Assembly (NCBI RefSeq): GCF_035084215.1
Contig: NC_090354.1
Coordinates: forward strand, 3,410,001-3,474,000
Reading direction: 5' to 3'
Length of the DNA stretch: 64,000 bases
Origin: Heptranchias perlo
Lineage: Eukaryota
Of the stretch, positions 24,287 through 39,147 are shown piece by piece. Both the position numbers and the translations under genes were made by a program. Each line of letters opens with the position of its first letter. The first letter of the stretch is position 1. The notes beneath the pieces were generated by a model. It was given only the letters and a program-made list of their open reading frames with translations, was not told where the DNA came from and did not search any database.

Positions 24287-26134
24287 CAATTCATCCATAT
24301 GATAGATAAACAGAACACTGAATTTTGGGAAATGGTTCAGGTATTAAATGAATATAATCTGACTTACCGCAGTAATGCTGCTAGTTCCTGACCCAAGGTG
24401 TAGCTGCTGACGGGATCTTTTATAAAGAGCGAAGACTGCAAAAAGGAAAGAAAAAGACAAACCTCCGATCAAGGAAATCGTTACAAAATCGAATTCGTTG
24501 CACACGACCTCTGAGGAAATCGACGGAGTATTCGAACAAATGACAGAAAGAAGCAACAAAAATTGGATCGTCAGGAATTAGGAGCACAATATGCATTAGT
24601 AATAATATATTACAAATGGCACCATAATGTATTTCAATATAAACACTAATTATAAATACTTTAACTTATATATTGGTCTGTTCACCCAGAGTTTTTATAT
24701 TTATAATTTAAGTAATACGCTGCGTATATTTTTGAAATTGCTCATGCAATCCTATTTGTGCTTAATCAATGAATAAAGTTGTGTTTCATTTATTTTTGTG
24801 AATTTTTTTCCTACCGTGGTTGATAAATTATATGTATATTTACCACCTTACACTTCACGGAGAGCACTTAATTGCCTGGTTTTATTGTCTCATTCTAACT
24901 AACATTTAGCCAGTTTTAATATTTGGATCAAATAGTCTTATGGTTAAATGTTAGGCCTTCGACAAACATCAAATATTAAAAGTATAAGTAATTTTAAAGC
25001 TTTTGAATTTTTCAATGTCTCTTTATTTGTAACTTTATTTTGAATGGTTACACATAATTCGAATGTCGACGTGGAATGATTTGGAAATTGGATTCATATT
25101 TTAAAATCAATTGTTTAATTATATCCCAACCCTCCTGCAAAAAATAAAGTAGGGCCGTTGATGTATTTTATAGTGAAAATAAAAAAACACGCTTTCTGTA
25201 TGATTCTGTTATTGGTCTAGAGTAAAATATTCGTTGCACATTGCCCCAAAATATCGGAAAGATAATAGATCACGCAAGGCTTTGTAACCTCGCAGTATAA
25301 AAATGTTTTTGTTACAACCAAAAGCGGCAACAGTTACGTATGTTGAATCTTTACCTTCGTTTGCTATCGAATTACTTACATATATAAATATTTATAAATG
25401 GTTAAATGTGAATGGGAGAAACGGAGAAGGAATATAGTTGGACTAATGTTAATAATAAAGGTTACGCGCTTATATGTGACTAAACGCCAGTCCTGTAGCA
25501 GAACAAAGGAGCAAGATTTGGATGCGAGTTAATGCAGGGGTTCACCTGCTAGTTTTAATAAACAAAAGCCTCTTGTGTTTTCATATAAAACGTTAAAATA
25601 CGTTAAATTATACATAAATGCCTATTTTAATGGCTATTCGCGGTATTTATGGATGGGCAGGATTCGAGAGGTGGGAGAAATGCCTTCAAAAAGGGTTAGT
25701 TCTTCGTTGCAGACTATGAAACTCATAAATTATTTACCTTAGCTGGAAAGCAAATGTTCATGAATCATTGGGTGTCATGAACGGCTTTTTTAAAAATTCT
25801 TTTTATTTTTGCTAAATTAATGTGAGGACTTTCAAAGAAAAAAACGGGCACGAAAAAGAGAATTTATATCATGAAGAGAAGTCTGACTGAGGACTCCTGA
25901 ATCCAACACACATAGACTCACACACGCGCGTTTACAGTTGAGTTAAACGCGTTGAGAATTGTTCTCCCGGTGAACTAATTTACAGTCTTTGAGTATCAGG
26001 AGGATATTTAAACATTTGCAGTTGGACTGAGTTGATAAAAAAATAAAGGGAAAGAAAATAAAATATGCCTTGGCTCATTGTGACAGATATAAGCCTCTCT
26101 CTGAATGACCTTTCCTTGAATAGTAATAACTCAC

Positions 26135-26402
26135 CACATTAATGATCAATCAACGGGAGGGTTTTGAAATGTCTCCAAAATAACAATCCGTCCCACTATC
26201 CCAGGCTTTCTCCGCGATCGCATATAATCCTTTTATAAGAGATATTGGACGGCACACATATCTTCCCCCTGACCCGATTTGTTTTTTAAATGGCCTGCTG
26301 TAAATAATCAGAGTACTGACTGGGTGATCACAGCCCGGAGACAGAGGCGAGGGCCTTCCATCCAAATGCCAGAGTAATGCGCTCGGATTATGCATTCACG
26401 TG
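26135..26402 (-). promoter_or_regulatory. Candidate HoxB3 alternative promoter and first exon
   Basis: E-box CACGTG at 26397-26402; Pbx-Hox-type TGATTGATCA near 26143-26152; donor GTG|GTGAGT at 26135/26134. Confidence 0.5.
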
Positions 26403-28720
26403 GTCAGTACGTCAACGTTTCCCCATTTTATACAGACTTTAGCAATTGTTAATTGAACTCTTCGTTTTTTTAGTGTTGGATCGCTGAAACTTGCAGCTTC
26501 GCGCATTTCAAAAACTTCCTGCTTTATAGCGTGTGGCGAAAGGTACTCTACATTTTTATTGTTTTCTGTAGAAGCTGTTTGCAAAGGTAGGTTGTTTTTA
26601 AAAAAAATAAAACCCAAAATCATATAATTAGTTTCTTCCAAGAAATCCAGGTCAGGGAAAGAAAGAAGTTTTGGCAACTTTTTTTTCTTTGCGCCCACCT
26701 CTCCCCCCACCTCCCCCCCCCCCCAACTCTCCAGCTTTCTCTGTTCAGGCAAAACAGCAGTTTGATTTTTTGAAAAGACAAGCTTTGCTGGGATGCCTGT
26801 TTTGGATCAGACTGATAACCTATGGTCTCCCCACTCTGCTATGTAGAAAGTCTGTGATAGTGGGCTTGATCTACACCCACCACAGACTTTCAAAGAAACG
26901 GGGGACTCCAAAATTAAACGCCTTATTTATTCTTAACAATCAAAGGATTAGTTCACAGCAGCATACGTTCTTTAGCAATGTGGTCATATATCCGATAGTA
27001 AAATTAGCAGCATGCCTTTGATTTAAGGAGGTCTTAGGTGCTCATACTCGATATATTTAATGTTAAGCTACATGTAAACTTATATTTATTTTCTTAGCAA
27101 AAACCACATCATAATTTATAGAACAGTCGTAAAACATGCAATATATGCGTATATATATTATACTATGCTTACTAGTTTAACTCAATATATATGTGTCTGA
27201 TACTCTGTTTTATGTAGGTGTCGCCTGAAACCGTAATTGTGATTTCAAACAAGAACTATTCATCAAATTGCAACGTGTTGGTGCGATATGCACCCATCGG
27301 AATGTAATCAGGCGTCTAATGTTAGGCCGCAGTGTTAAAATGTAAAAAATATGTCGCCTTCATTAAATAATGTGTTCTTCCATATTTAAACATAGAGATT
27401 TTACTATAATAGTGACTGCCAGCCGTGCAAAACGTGTGACATAATGTACACTGGCACGTTTCCAAATGTACCTTTTCATATGACCTATTAATGCATAACT
27501 TGTGTTTAATGTGACATTTGACCTGTAGCACAGTGACGTGCCATGGGGCGGTTTACGCCCTGCAACTTGCCTCGATTCACTGCCTTTTCATTTTGCTTTT
27601 CAAACGGCTGAGAAATTAACGGAAATCTAAAAATAACAAACTAAAATAAATAAAGATATTTATTAAAATTAACAAGAACGCTGTTTTGGGGGCTTGAGGA
27701 TGCCTGGCATGAGTCAAAGAGAGATCAATAGGGTTACTGTACAACTAGAACAGAGGGCCTTTGATCTACGAAGCTAAGCGGAATCGCAGTGACACTCTTC
27801 GCTTTCCTTGCTAGATAATGCACGAGAAGAGGCTATGCAGCAGGAAAGAGTTAATTTTTAATAAAGAATAAAAACAAAATTTTCAATGCCACTGTCTTCT
27901 TAACAAATACTCTGTAGCCCAGGCGTAGAAAGATCATTACAGCGTGACCTTAAGTATCTCTAAATGCCTTAGATTGGTTTAGCAGCCAACAAGAAAAAAA
28001 GGTATCGAGAAACGAAATGTTCCAGTTTTCCAGTTTGCTGGACATTATCACCCATAAAAAGGGACCACTGCAGTAAAACAGTTAGTTCTGCTTATGTGCT
28101 AAAAACTATAACATTCAATTTGATTATTTCTAAATCCATTCTGACGCCTGCAGTTCAAATTATCTTCCTCAGCATAACAAACACTTGGTACATTTTCATT
28201 TTGCTGGAGGCTGGCCGCAGCGTATAAAATGATTTGCTAAAAAAAGGGGAGAGAGAAATTTAATGCAAAGCAATTTTCTGCTAACATCAAATACCACGTT
28301 ATCGTTAGTCGTCTATCTGGCTGCAGATGCCTAAGGGAATGAAAGCCTTTTAAAAGGTTTTACCGTTTAACAAAATGTTGTACTTCCATGAATTAGAGAA
28401 TGGTCTAGCATTTTTATTACTATTTTAAGGTGTTGCACGTTTTACCAGCAATATCAGGTTGTTCTGTTGTATTCAAAAGTTATTGTTATATTCTCAAAAG
28501 TGTTTGGTAAAATAGAAGTCACCTTCAGGTGGAACAAAAGTGGAGATGAAGCAATTCTAGAAATTTAAAAGAGACTCATTATAACTTTTTCTCTCTCAAA
28601 GTTTCGATTGAGAGGCCAAGAGAATCGAGTTGAAGAACTTAAAGCCGGCCAACACACGATGGGACTTTAGTTTGTGAACTTAAAAAGTCGCGAGTACAAT
28701 AGGTAAACACAGTTTACCCA

Positions 28721-28732
28721 GGTCATAAATCA
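28721..28732 (-). promoter_or_regulatory. Pbx-Hox composite site
   Basis: TGATTTATGACC, identical to the 12-mer at 22211-22222; a TCF-like ATCAAAG lies about 90 bp away. Confidence 0.5.
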
Positions 28733-31700
28733 TGTGCACATTCATCTTGAGGATAACACTCTATCTAAAAATGCTTTTGAAGCTTCTTCCACGAGTTCGG
28801 AGGTGTCAACAATCATCAAAGGTGGACCCAAACCAAACGTTTAACTCTTTGTAAGATCTTTCGGAAGTCTGAGGAGGAAAAGAGTTTTCTGAAGAATTCT
28901 TCACCGCCTTCTGAAAAGAGAGCATTTTTTGGGGGGCGGGGGGGGGGGAGGTGGGAGTGGAGAGGGGCCACGTCTGTCTTAATCCGTTACACACAAAAAA
29001 AGTCAACAACAGTTCACGGAAACCAACCGGGGACCTCTCTCTTAGGTCAAGCTATGGACCATTAATTATATCCACCCTGGAATTCATGGCGAGGTGCAGA
29101 GAGGGAAAAACATTTAAACTGCAGTATTCTTGGTTCGCTTACCTGTTGGATCATTGCAATGGAAGTTGGAAAAAGATCACTGCATTTGGTATTTAATCAC
29201 CGGTGGTGGATCTCAACTACATCCCCACGGGAGGAAAAATGTTTATTGGACCCTGGTGGATTTTTTAAAAATGCATTCTGGAAAATCTCGGGATTGTCAT
29301 CGAAAGAAGCATGGGTTCGCCTGACATAAATGAATTCAGCCAGGAGCGGTACTGGAAAGTTACGTTGCACAATTAGACCTGGGCCTGAACGAACTATCAG
29401 GAAAAACGCGAGCTGTTTGCTTATTTCAGAAGCTTAATTCTATATATGTTGTTCCAAAAAAACCCCACAAAAACCAACTATTACTACAAATGCAACATGA
29501 TTTAAAGATAGGCTGTTGCCAACGGAGGCAAAAGAAAACGTCAGAAATGGAACGCAAAATAAGGATGTGGGTTAACGCGTCCAATAGGAATTGCCCTGTT
29601 CGATGGATGTTGGAAATTACTGCCATATGAGCTCAGTCTTCGCAGAGCGACATTGGCTTGCCTCCTTCCTTTAAATACTGACCACACCAATTAAATATAC
29701 TATGATATGTATCAGCGAACTAGGGAGAATAAAAGAGATAGAGAGGGAAAAAGAGATACAGAGTGGAAGGGAGACAGAGAAGAGAGCGACAGCGAGAGCT
29801 AAATAGAGGCAATGTTAGTTCCTGAGCACAATGATACAGTCGTACTATGACAATTACCTAACAATGTCATTTCTGTGATTTAAAAATTATTACAATCATT
29901 ACTTTCAAGCAAATAAACTTCAGACCTCCGTGGAGTGCGAACAGGGCACCACCTTATCCTATTTTTGTTCTTGCAATTGCAACAATTTCAGACAATTGCT
30001 CCTTAGAGACCGACCACATTTCAACACAAAGGAATGGAAAATACATGGAAAATTTGGCACCAAAAATATTAGTTTCTCCACGATTTGAAGCCTTAATTGG
30101 AAAAAGCCCAATAATAATAATCAAAAATCATCATCGCTATTAAAACAGAACTATATACTATTGGAGCAATTCTCAAGCGAATTGTACCCCAAAATTAGTT
30201 CCGTTTTGTACTATCAGTGAAAGGTCAGAGGTTAGAGTTATTGCATTTTCACTTTTCTAATAGCCAGTCTGGGAGCATGGAGCAGCAGCAATATAATTTA
30301 TTACCTTGTCTTTACTGGAGCTAATTTGATCGGTTATTGAGAGGTGTTGAAACGTCATGAGTTGCTAAGTCAGGAACACCGCATTACTACCTACAATGCT
30401 GATCGTTTAATTATTTATTCTTATCTTTAAGAAAATTTGAGAATTTATATTGAACGTGTTAACGCACATTAACTGGCGACTTTACTTATCTGGACTACCT
30501 TTGTCGATGTTGACTAGTGTATACAAATTTTAATTTACAAAAGATTACCAACAAAATTGTACCATTTTCTTAGTGATACCGCTATCTTGTCGTATGTCTT
30601 TGATCCATTCTATAAAATTTAATTTTCCAACAAATGCTTTTTACGTTAATGTTTTTCTACGTATAAACAAAGTACATATTGTTACACCACCTTTTTTAAA
30701 GGGCGGTTTGTTTATAGATTATAGAGGTGTGTTTTTGTGCTTCATATCACCGTTTAAATGTTAGGACATATAAACGTAATTTCACCATCTCCCACTCCTC
30801 TGCACGGTGTCCAGATTATGTTATGTTACAATTCACATGGAAAAAAAGTCTTGTAATTTTTCATCAATTTTAAATAGCCTTGCACGGCCCTGTAAAATAT
30901 ATTAACAAAGAGAAGGGACATGATTTATTATGGGGAGTATAATTACCTGTAGATTAAATATCCATCTTATAGGAGCAATGGTTACTCTTGAGTGTACGTA
31001 GGGTTGTTTCCTTGTAACCCGTAATGCATTATCATCCCGTTAAAAGGATTTTATTTAAAGTATATCTGATCAGTTTGAAGGATATCAAAGCCAATGGACG
31101 ATGTAAATAAGAGAGAGAGCAAAGCAATTATGAAATGAGACACCATAAATAAATCTTTGACTCGTTCATAAAGTTAATTCTGTCAGCTGTTGGATAGAGA
31201 GAGAAAAAAAGTTGAGGTGAAAAGAGTCCGGAAATCAAAAAGTTGAGCAATTTTCCTTCAAGTTTGCACAATTTTGTTGCTTTTTCATGCAGTGGAATGC
31301 GATCTGCAGGAGAGGAAAATTAGTTGACAATTTGATAAACATTTCAACGAGAACTGAAAGGAATAAGATACAAAATATTGTTCAATATCTCTGCAGGGCT
31401 TCGTATAGTAATACGGTGCTATTAGCGTTTTGCATTTTAAAAATATATTAGCCCTAGTCTTTATGTTTTGCTTTCTATGGAAGTCAGTGAACCGCTCGTA
31501 AAAGAGAGGCGAAAGAACAAAGCCTTTAGGAGGGGCTTTTCGTTGAGTGAATCGGCATGGCATTGTCAGGGTTGTTTTGAAGCACAGTCATCGTATTTAA
31601 AGAAGGGGCTGTAAATTCTACAGATAGAACAAACAGCCTTTAAGCCGTAACATTTTCAGAATGAAAGAGCTTATTTTGCCTTTACGTGGCATAAATTATT

Positions 31701-33350
31701 TCTTTAAAAAATCACATATTGCTATCAGCGCCTCTGAACGAACGCAGTGCCATTGAGCATGATTCATGTGTGTTGAGGGCACCGAGTCACATTATTTTTC
31801 CATTTTGGTGCTGGGAGTTATCAATTAATAAAGCCTCAATTGAATTCAGGGTCAGACTTGCAAAGAAATTTACACATCTTTGCTATGGAAGCTAAGCAAT
31901 ATCCAATTGTATTCTAATATCGATTTGCTAATGCCTTCCCCTTTTCTCTTTTCTCAGGAGCCTTTTTTTGGCAAATGACGAAAATCGACATCCCGAAGGC
32001 TTGCCTATCATACAGCAACTCTGTGTTTTCTTTGTTTTTTCTCATTTACAAGCACACAACTATTATTCAGAGAGTGAGGAAAACAGATTATGTACCATAA
32101 TTTGTTACAAAGAAATATAGACTTTGTCAATCTGTTCAATGATTGCTTAGCTTTACTTTATGTAACATATATATAAATATATGTATTTATATTTATATAT
32201 ATGACTGCATGCAACATATGTATGTATTTCAAATAGAGAAGGACAATGGCTCGTACAGTATTTTTATAATATAAAATGCACTAAATCCATCAACAAACTC
32301 TCAATTTGTTCAATGTACTTGTAGTTAGTTCTCATGTCTGGCATTGACTTATGCATCCTGTATATTAAACAATTAAATGGTTAATATATATTTGAGTTTT
32401 TCCATCTTTGTTGAGATAATAGACACAAGAAACAATAGATAATTTCAACAAAGACCTGTGTAATTATCAAAACAAACACTTAAAAACACTTCAGATAATC
32501 ATAATTAAAAACGACCATTAAATATCCCTCAATAAGAAAAAGACTGCAATTCAGTTGACAGATAATGGTATTTTCAGAGACTCGCGTGTTTCAATACTGA
32601 TGTTCCTTGCCTGCTGCAACCATTAATATTTAATGCCAATCACTGAGTTATTCTAATTTTACTACATAAAGGTTTGCACTAACGATCGGTGTTAAATGTT
32701 ACGCTGCTATTAATGGGCTTCAACTTCACTGGCTGGCGTCCAACCGCAGAATAAAAGGAGCGAGGCTTTGTGGAAGTCTGTTAGTCTTCGCTCATTTTCA
32801 AAATTGAGCTTTGCAATTCATTTCTGGTCACCCAAAGCGCCTCCTTTACTAGGTTTTTATTCCAATGAGGCGTTGTGTTTTAAAGAATTCATACAAAACT
32901 ATCCATAATTGGTAATCACGGATGCTGTAATTTAAGACCCCCAGCTATAGCTTTCATATTATCCTCTGATCTATTGCTACAAATGGCCGGCAATAATCAA
33001 CTCTGGGGAGAGGATTACAACCTTCCTCATTCCTGAATATCATCACTTGCACATCATTCTCATAGAGCATGATTTATCACGCAGACGAACATAAACAACA
33101 CACAACTTACACACAATGGCATCCATAGTGCTGCTGACATATTTCGCAATAAATCAAGAAAGCAAGAAGAAAAACATTCCCACAAAAAAAATATCAATGA
33201 AAATGAGGAAATAAACAAACATACCACCGTGCTAAATTGAAAAATAGAAGGAAAGGCACTATTTGTCAAATGTTATGACAGTCTTGAAAAACATAAATAA
33301 CACACATAATATTTACATAGAGAGACACGAGGCACTGCAGCTGTACTTAC

Positions 33351-33535
33351 AATAATCCAGCCCACGGTGTGTCTCTCTTCCCAAATTGTTTTATTCCAGC
33401 CTCTCTCTGTTATAGGCTTGTTTTTAAAAGGACAGTGGAATTTCACGTCAGACACAGGGAGACCATGTCGGCGATTTACCGACGAATACATATCTATTCT
33501 GCAACAGCTGCATTAATTATTTAATGAGTCACGTG
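33351..33535 (-). promoter_or_regulatory. CR3/late-neural-enhancer-like block with the distal HoxB3 promoter and first exon
   Basis: Clustered TAAT/ATTA sites CATTAATTATTTAATG (33511-33526) next to CACGTG (33530-33535); donor ATT|GTAAGT at 33351/33350. Position 3' of HoxB4 fits the shared Hoxb3/Hoxb4 enhancer. Confidence 0.68.
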
Positions 33536-35713
33536 ATCGAGGGGGAAGGGGGGATTTCAAATTCATACTCCAAGGAGAAGTGTGACCTTCCACTGGGAGA
33601 GCGGAGAAAATCTTTCATATTCTTCTTCATTCCCCGTTTTTTTTTGTTTACAGAATTGTATTAATATATTGCTAATGATTCTTGTTAAAAATAGGGGTTC
33701 AGAGGCTTTCCTGTAAGTCGAGAATTAAATAGAAGTGTGACTATATCAATGCATTCAGGGCTTTCTAAGTCTCATCCTTTTCATCTTGAGACGCTTCTTC
33801 AGACTCACAACATACGTGTCTATCTTTTGTGGTGCCGGTGCAGTCTAATCAGAACTGGGAGCACATTGCCATAATAATAGATTTCTACCTGATTCATTTT
33901 ACCATAAGTTTGCTTGTTCCTTACGTTGACTTTCCAAGTTTTATATTGTCCATTTTACTCTTTATCTCCTTCTCTGTCGCATAGTTGGCTCTGTATTACT
34001 GTGAAACTACTATTATTTTTTTTAACAAGAAAGATCACTCTTCACTTATAGGCGGGCACTTTTCAATCCTTCGGTCACAAAGCTAGAAGCAGTCGCTACC
34101 AGCAACATAAAGGTCACGGAAAAAATCTTCAGCAGTTAGCAGTATAATAAGATTTTATAAAAATCCAATCCAAAATGTTTGCGTTTGTGACATAAAAAAA
34201 TTCGGATCAAATCTATGGTAAGGGACAGAGAATCTCTGTTACTGTCATATAGGGGTGGGGAACCTCGTTATATTTTTTCTGGTAGCAGCAATGTTTTGAA
34301 AAAAGCAATAATCTTAGTCGGAAACATGCCCCGAGAAACCAATTTGACACACTGCTGTATAACTTCGTGGTGCTTCAGCGTTCTCTCTGCGGGTGCATCC
34401 TAAAGTGCAGGCCAGCAATATCAATTGCGGTAGGTGTATTTACAATAGTACTAGAGATTATTTCGTTACAAATAAAATAAAAATATCTGCCCTAAGTAGT
34501 GCATAATATTACCTGGAACTCTGCCTTTGTTCTCGCCAGACAAACCCACCGATTTTCAGAAAACTATAATAATATAATTTAATGATAGCCTTATAAATCT
34601 CATCCGTCACATTTATTGCCTTCTAAAATGATGTTAGAAAAATCGCGATGATTTTTAAAAAGAGAATAACTATGTTTGGTTTTAAAAGACGTCGATATCA
34701 TTTGCAAAAAAGGATTGCGGGCGGGGGATTGACTTCTCAACTAACAAAAGACATTTAAAAATCGTTTATTTGTTTTTAATTCAAATTTAAAGGCTTTTTC
34801 TAAACTAGATGATGTATTATTGCATTCGCGTGTATTTCTATTGCCTAGAGAAACACAATGGTTGCCTTAATAAATTGGAGCTAGAGAATTTACTAAACGT
34901 GCGGAAACTGCGCTTCAGTTTCACGCACTCTTATACAACTTGTATTTCACGGTAATTGCTTCTTAAATCGTAAAAAGTGATGTCTATTTTATACTCTTAG
35001 AGATGGAAGACACGGGGTAGCAATCAGGTTTGAATTAGAGCGTCCGTTTAAATGTTGTGGTTTGGCGTTGGTAATAATAAGCTAGTGTAAAACAGCCAAC
35101 ACGTTGTACGCACGGATTTTCTCTCTATCCCTCCCTCCCTCTCTTTTCTCCCTCCTCACTATCCGTAAGCAAGCCGCATTTAAAGATAGAAAAGTCAGGT
35201 TGAAATCCTATTCTTATAATGAATACACAAAAAAGTTCAAATAAAACTGTACGGCAAATTGACACTGTATGTTGCTGAATCTTTTTAGAAGCTGGGAGCA
35301 AGATAATGGCCCCATTTTTCTTCTCATTCGTTGGATTTTCAGAAACCATCCTTAAACGTGATTGCAAAGTGCAAGATGCATATATATATATATATATAAT
35401 CTTCATTCCACAACCTACTCTTATCTATCACTCAATATTTAAAGAAAAGAGGGATTTCAACACAAACGTTCAAGATTGTCAATCTTTTCTAACGCAAGTT
35501 AGAAGTAATTACACACAAGGAAAGCCTAACAGAACGGGCACATTTCAGCGACGCAGCACAGATTTTAAGTCGAGTGAACGAAGGGTAACCCTGGTGTGTT
35601 TTTTTTATCCTTTAGTATTGAGAATGTTCAGATAGAACAGTGTCATGTCTTAAAGGTCAAGGGTTTCAGAGGTCAGACTGCTAGTATAAAAACAGCTAAT
35701 CGGATAGAAAAGT

Positions 35714-35730
35714 TGTCCTTTCCGTGAACC
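35714..35730 (-). promoter_or_regulatory. Hox4 3' DR5 RARE (early neural enhancer type)
   Basis: GGTTCA-CGGAA-AGGACA, 2.8 kb 3' of the HoxB4 stop; same form as the PG4 3' RAREs (RGTTCA-n5-AGGACA). Confidence 0.8.
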
Positions 35731-38496
35731 CTTTAGGCCGTCCTGCTGACCAACCAACATGCTGATTTTATTCCATTAGAATCATACATTTTTAAAAACA
35801 CCATGGAAAGGTAAACAACAAAACGCAAACTAAAAGCAGATTCTCCAGTCGATGCATTTACTGTATCTTTCAAGCTGTTCTCAGCGAGTATGCGTTCACA
35901 TTTAATTGTCAAAAGAACAAAGCGATTCAAAGTGACGAAATTAAATGACTTTTTTTTGCTATTACCTTTGGTTTCACCATTTTCCGTTTTCCAGATCTGA
36001 ACATTTTCACGATTTTTAATCATAGTGGAGAGGGGATCTTCCGAGGTGACTGAGAAATTCCACGCTCTGCCCATATTTTTACAGAACCCTCCAGGACGCG
36101 CACCACTTTTCCCCGGGACGACCCATCCAGATTTGCTGTTGAGCAACAATGGGAGAAGTATTTAAAGAAAGCAGTGATTAATGATTTCAAGTTAATTCTC
36201 GCATTTTCAGAACCTCTCTGCGTTCAAATAATGCCTGTGAACTTTAGTTCTATAGCTTGTATTCAGCCCCTTTGGCAACAGTCTGGCGGAGGGTGTAGGA
36301 CTGCTCGGTCTGTTATCTGTGTCGATGAATAGAGAAAACCGAGCAGCTATTGCAGAGATTCAATGAATAATTCTTATATTATTAACTGAAGTGAATACTC
36401 CTCAAAATACTTCAGAATTATATACCTTAACTAAAATGTTAGATTTGGAAAGGTTGCATTTCAGATCGTTTCAATTTCGTGGGACCTAAACACGTATACT
36501 TTGGTTAGTGAGGATTTTCTCATATAAAGGACAGATTGTAAATCTTTCTATTTTCTCCAAAGGCAAAACGTGATTTAAAAAAAACTTGAATGGTGTGTTT
36601 CTTTTGTTACAATTGTACATGTGAAATCTCATATATATATATATATTTGTTTTTCATGCTGCTAAACACAATCTTTGAACATTCATTAGAAAGTGGCACA
36701 TTGTACCGTGTTCTGATCAATGGGGTTTTGCAGGTTGGGTTTGAAATTAATATTTTGAGGGGTGGCGGTGGGGTGCAATTACCGCATCGTTCAGTTATGA
36801 CTTCAAAGTGCAGTTTTGCAACAGTGTTTGTTAAACTACAGGTCTGAAGCAAAACATGTGTATCCAGTGAACTAAAGTCTGGAAGCAGCTAATGTTTCAC
36901 TCTAATGTAGAATATTGTGTTTTGCATTGATATACACTCCAGGTAGATTTTCTTTTGGTGTATGCTGCATTTTCCGATCCCAGATTGCATATGCAATGTG
37001 TTATGCGAAAGAAAATTAAAATTAATACGGAGCTTCATCTGACAAAAGAGGTCATTTGTCTTCTTGATTATCTATTTGCTTGTCAAAGCTTGAACCATTA
37101 CACTGTCCAATCCCTTTCTAATACACAAACACACATGCACAAAGGAAAAATGCTAAGAGGTACTGTATAAATAAAAGAAATGAACTTAACTTTACAATAT
37201 TAAAGGTTGCAAAAGAAAAAGACATGGCAACGAAATCAAACAATCAAAGAATAATAGATAACCATACTGGACTATCAAATCTTCACATTAAAGCATTTTT
37301 CAAAGTTATTACTCCATTGTATTACTATGCAATACATCTATATCCACAAGCAGCTGCAAAAGCCTCTAACAGTGTCAGAATAAGCGTATTTGTTCTGAGG
37401 TGTATCCCCTTTTGGCTTTTTTTCCCCGCTAAGCCAATGTCCTTTGTTATTACCCTGCCCAACTCACACAGATAGAGGAGCTTGGAGAAATCTGCAGTCA
37501 TGTCACCAGATCATATTGCTTCAAGAATGTGTCCAGTAGACCAGGTATAAATAAACAAAGGAAAAGATAGACCTTGAAAAAATTTATTTCGGTTATTACT
37601 ATTTACACGTATTTTGGTCTGGATGAGAGTCAATACATACAGAACAATGCAAGGACATAGACTGCTAACGAAAATACAAACTCTTGTGGGCCCGAACGAA
37701 GTAGCTGCTAAATTTCATAGTTTGGAATGTCATAAAGAGTGATGAGGAAACTAAAACAGTTTATCTACCTAACCTTCCACTTTTTTTTCTCCTGGAAAAG
37801 TACATTCTGTTAATACTGAGGCCAGAGGCAAGTATTGTATCGTGGCTGTACAAGTCACATGCAACATTTTAATAACCACTTTAAATAACTTTGCTGACAT
37901 AATTTATTCCTACATATGATTTTTACACGTTTGTTTTTAAAGTCCAACTACATACATTTTTATTGGCACCGAAAGAAATATATTTGGGATCAAAACAGCT
38001 GAGGAAATGGAGTACATGTCAATGTAATATTCCAAAGAAAATACCCAAAATGTTTCTTTTTGTAAACCCAATTGGAAAATGACTCCAAGCTTAAAACCAC
38101 AAGGGCCATCCTGCCGAATTGTTTCAACATTCTTGTTGTGGGTTTGTTTTTTTTCGTGAATAAAAGACAGTTTGTCATCCCAGGTTGGCGAAACGGAGCC
38201 TCATTTATTAAAGTGTTCGTTTGCTGTCGAGGTAATCGTAGGCATAGAGTTCATCCTTTGTACCACCAAGTAAACATGACAAATGGGGAGACTTTGGCGT
38301 GATTAAAGATGAAACGAGGATTCATCTTTGCCAATCTCTTCTGAAAACTGCAATCTACAATATTACTTATGGGGGGGGGGGAGGAGTGGGCAAAAGAGTA
38401 TTTACAGTTTAGACTTTGCCATTATAAATAAACAGTCTTTCAGTTAAAATCCTATGCTTCTGCGCGCGACTACCAATTTCTCTCCCACAAGGGCAG

Positions 38497-38816
38497 CTAT
38501 AATGTGGCTGCTGGTCCATTTGGCTCCTGGTTCTGAGAGATTCCTTGCGATTGATGACTTGCAGAGGACGAGGAGCCTGTGGTAGACCTGATTTTGGTAT
38601 TTGGCAACTTGTGGTCCTTTTTCCATTTCATTCGCCTGTTCTGGAACCATATTTTAATCTGTCGTTCTGACAGGCAAAGAGAATGGGCTATTTCCACCCT
38701 GCGCCTCCGGGTTAGGTACCGATTAAAATGGAACTCCTTCTCCAGCTCTAGAACTTGCTGCCTCGTGTAAGCAGTGCGGGAGCGTTTGGGTTCCCCTCCT
38801 TTGTAATTAGGGTTCA
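38497..38816 (-). CDS. HOXB4: HoxB4 coding exon 2 (homeodomain)
   Basis: [78 protein letters not shown]. Acceptor ttgttcag|TG at 38817/38816; stop TAG at 38497-38499. Confidence 0.96.
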
Positions 38817-39000
38817 CTGAACAAAAAGCAACAACACAGAAATAACTGACTGAACACCAGGAATCTCACAAGGAATAGAACTAGTGCACTTAAAGTAAGC
38901 ATTAGAGTAAGAAAAATGTAAAACTTCACTTCTATCATTAACTGCTGTTCAAAGAGATCTGAGCGGCTAGGACACAACACATCAAAGGCACATGGCCAGA

Positions 39001-39070
39001 AGTGTAATTGTACTGCAATAAAAATTTATGGAGGATGTGATTACTGACCTCCAGATAGGCGATCGTAAAT
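39001..39070. promoter_or_regulatory. HB-1-like conserved Hox4 intronic element
   Basis: gtaattg...caataaaaatttatgg...gtgattac...tcgtaaat: clustered Hox/Cdx sites in the PG4 intron. Confidence 0.72.
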
Positions 39071-39147
39071 CTAAAGAATGGCTATTTACAATGGGTGCAA
39101 TAGATCCCGGGCTTTCAGGTGGTAAAAAGCCCAGGCAAACGACTCAC

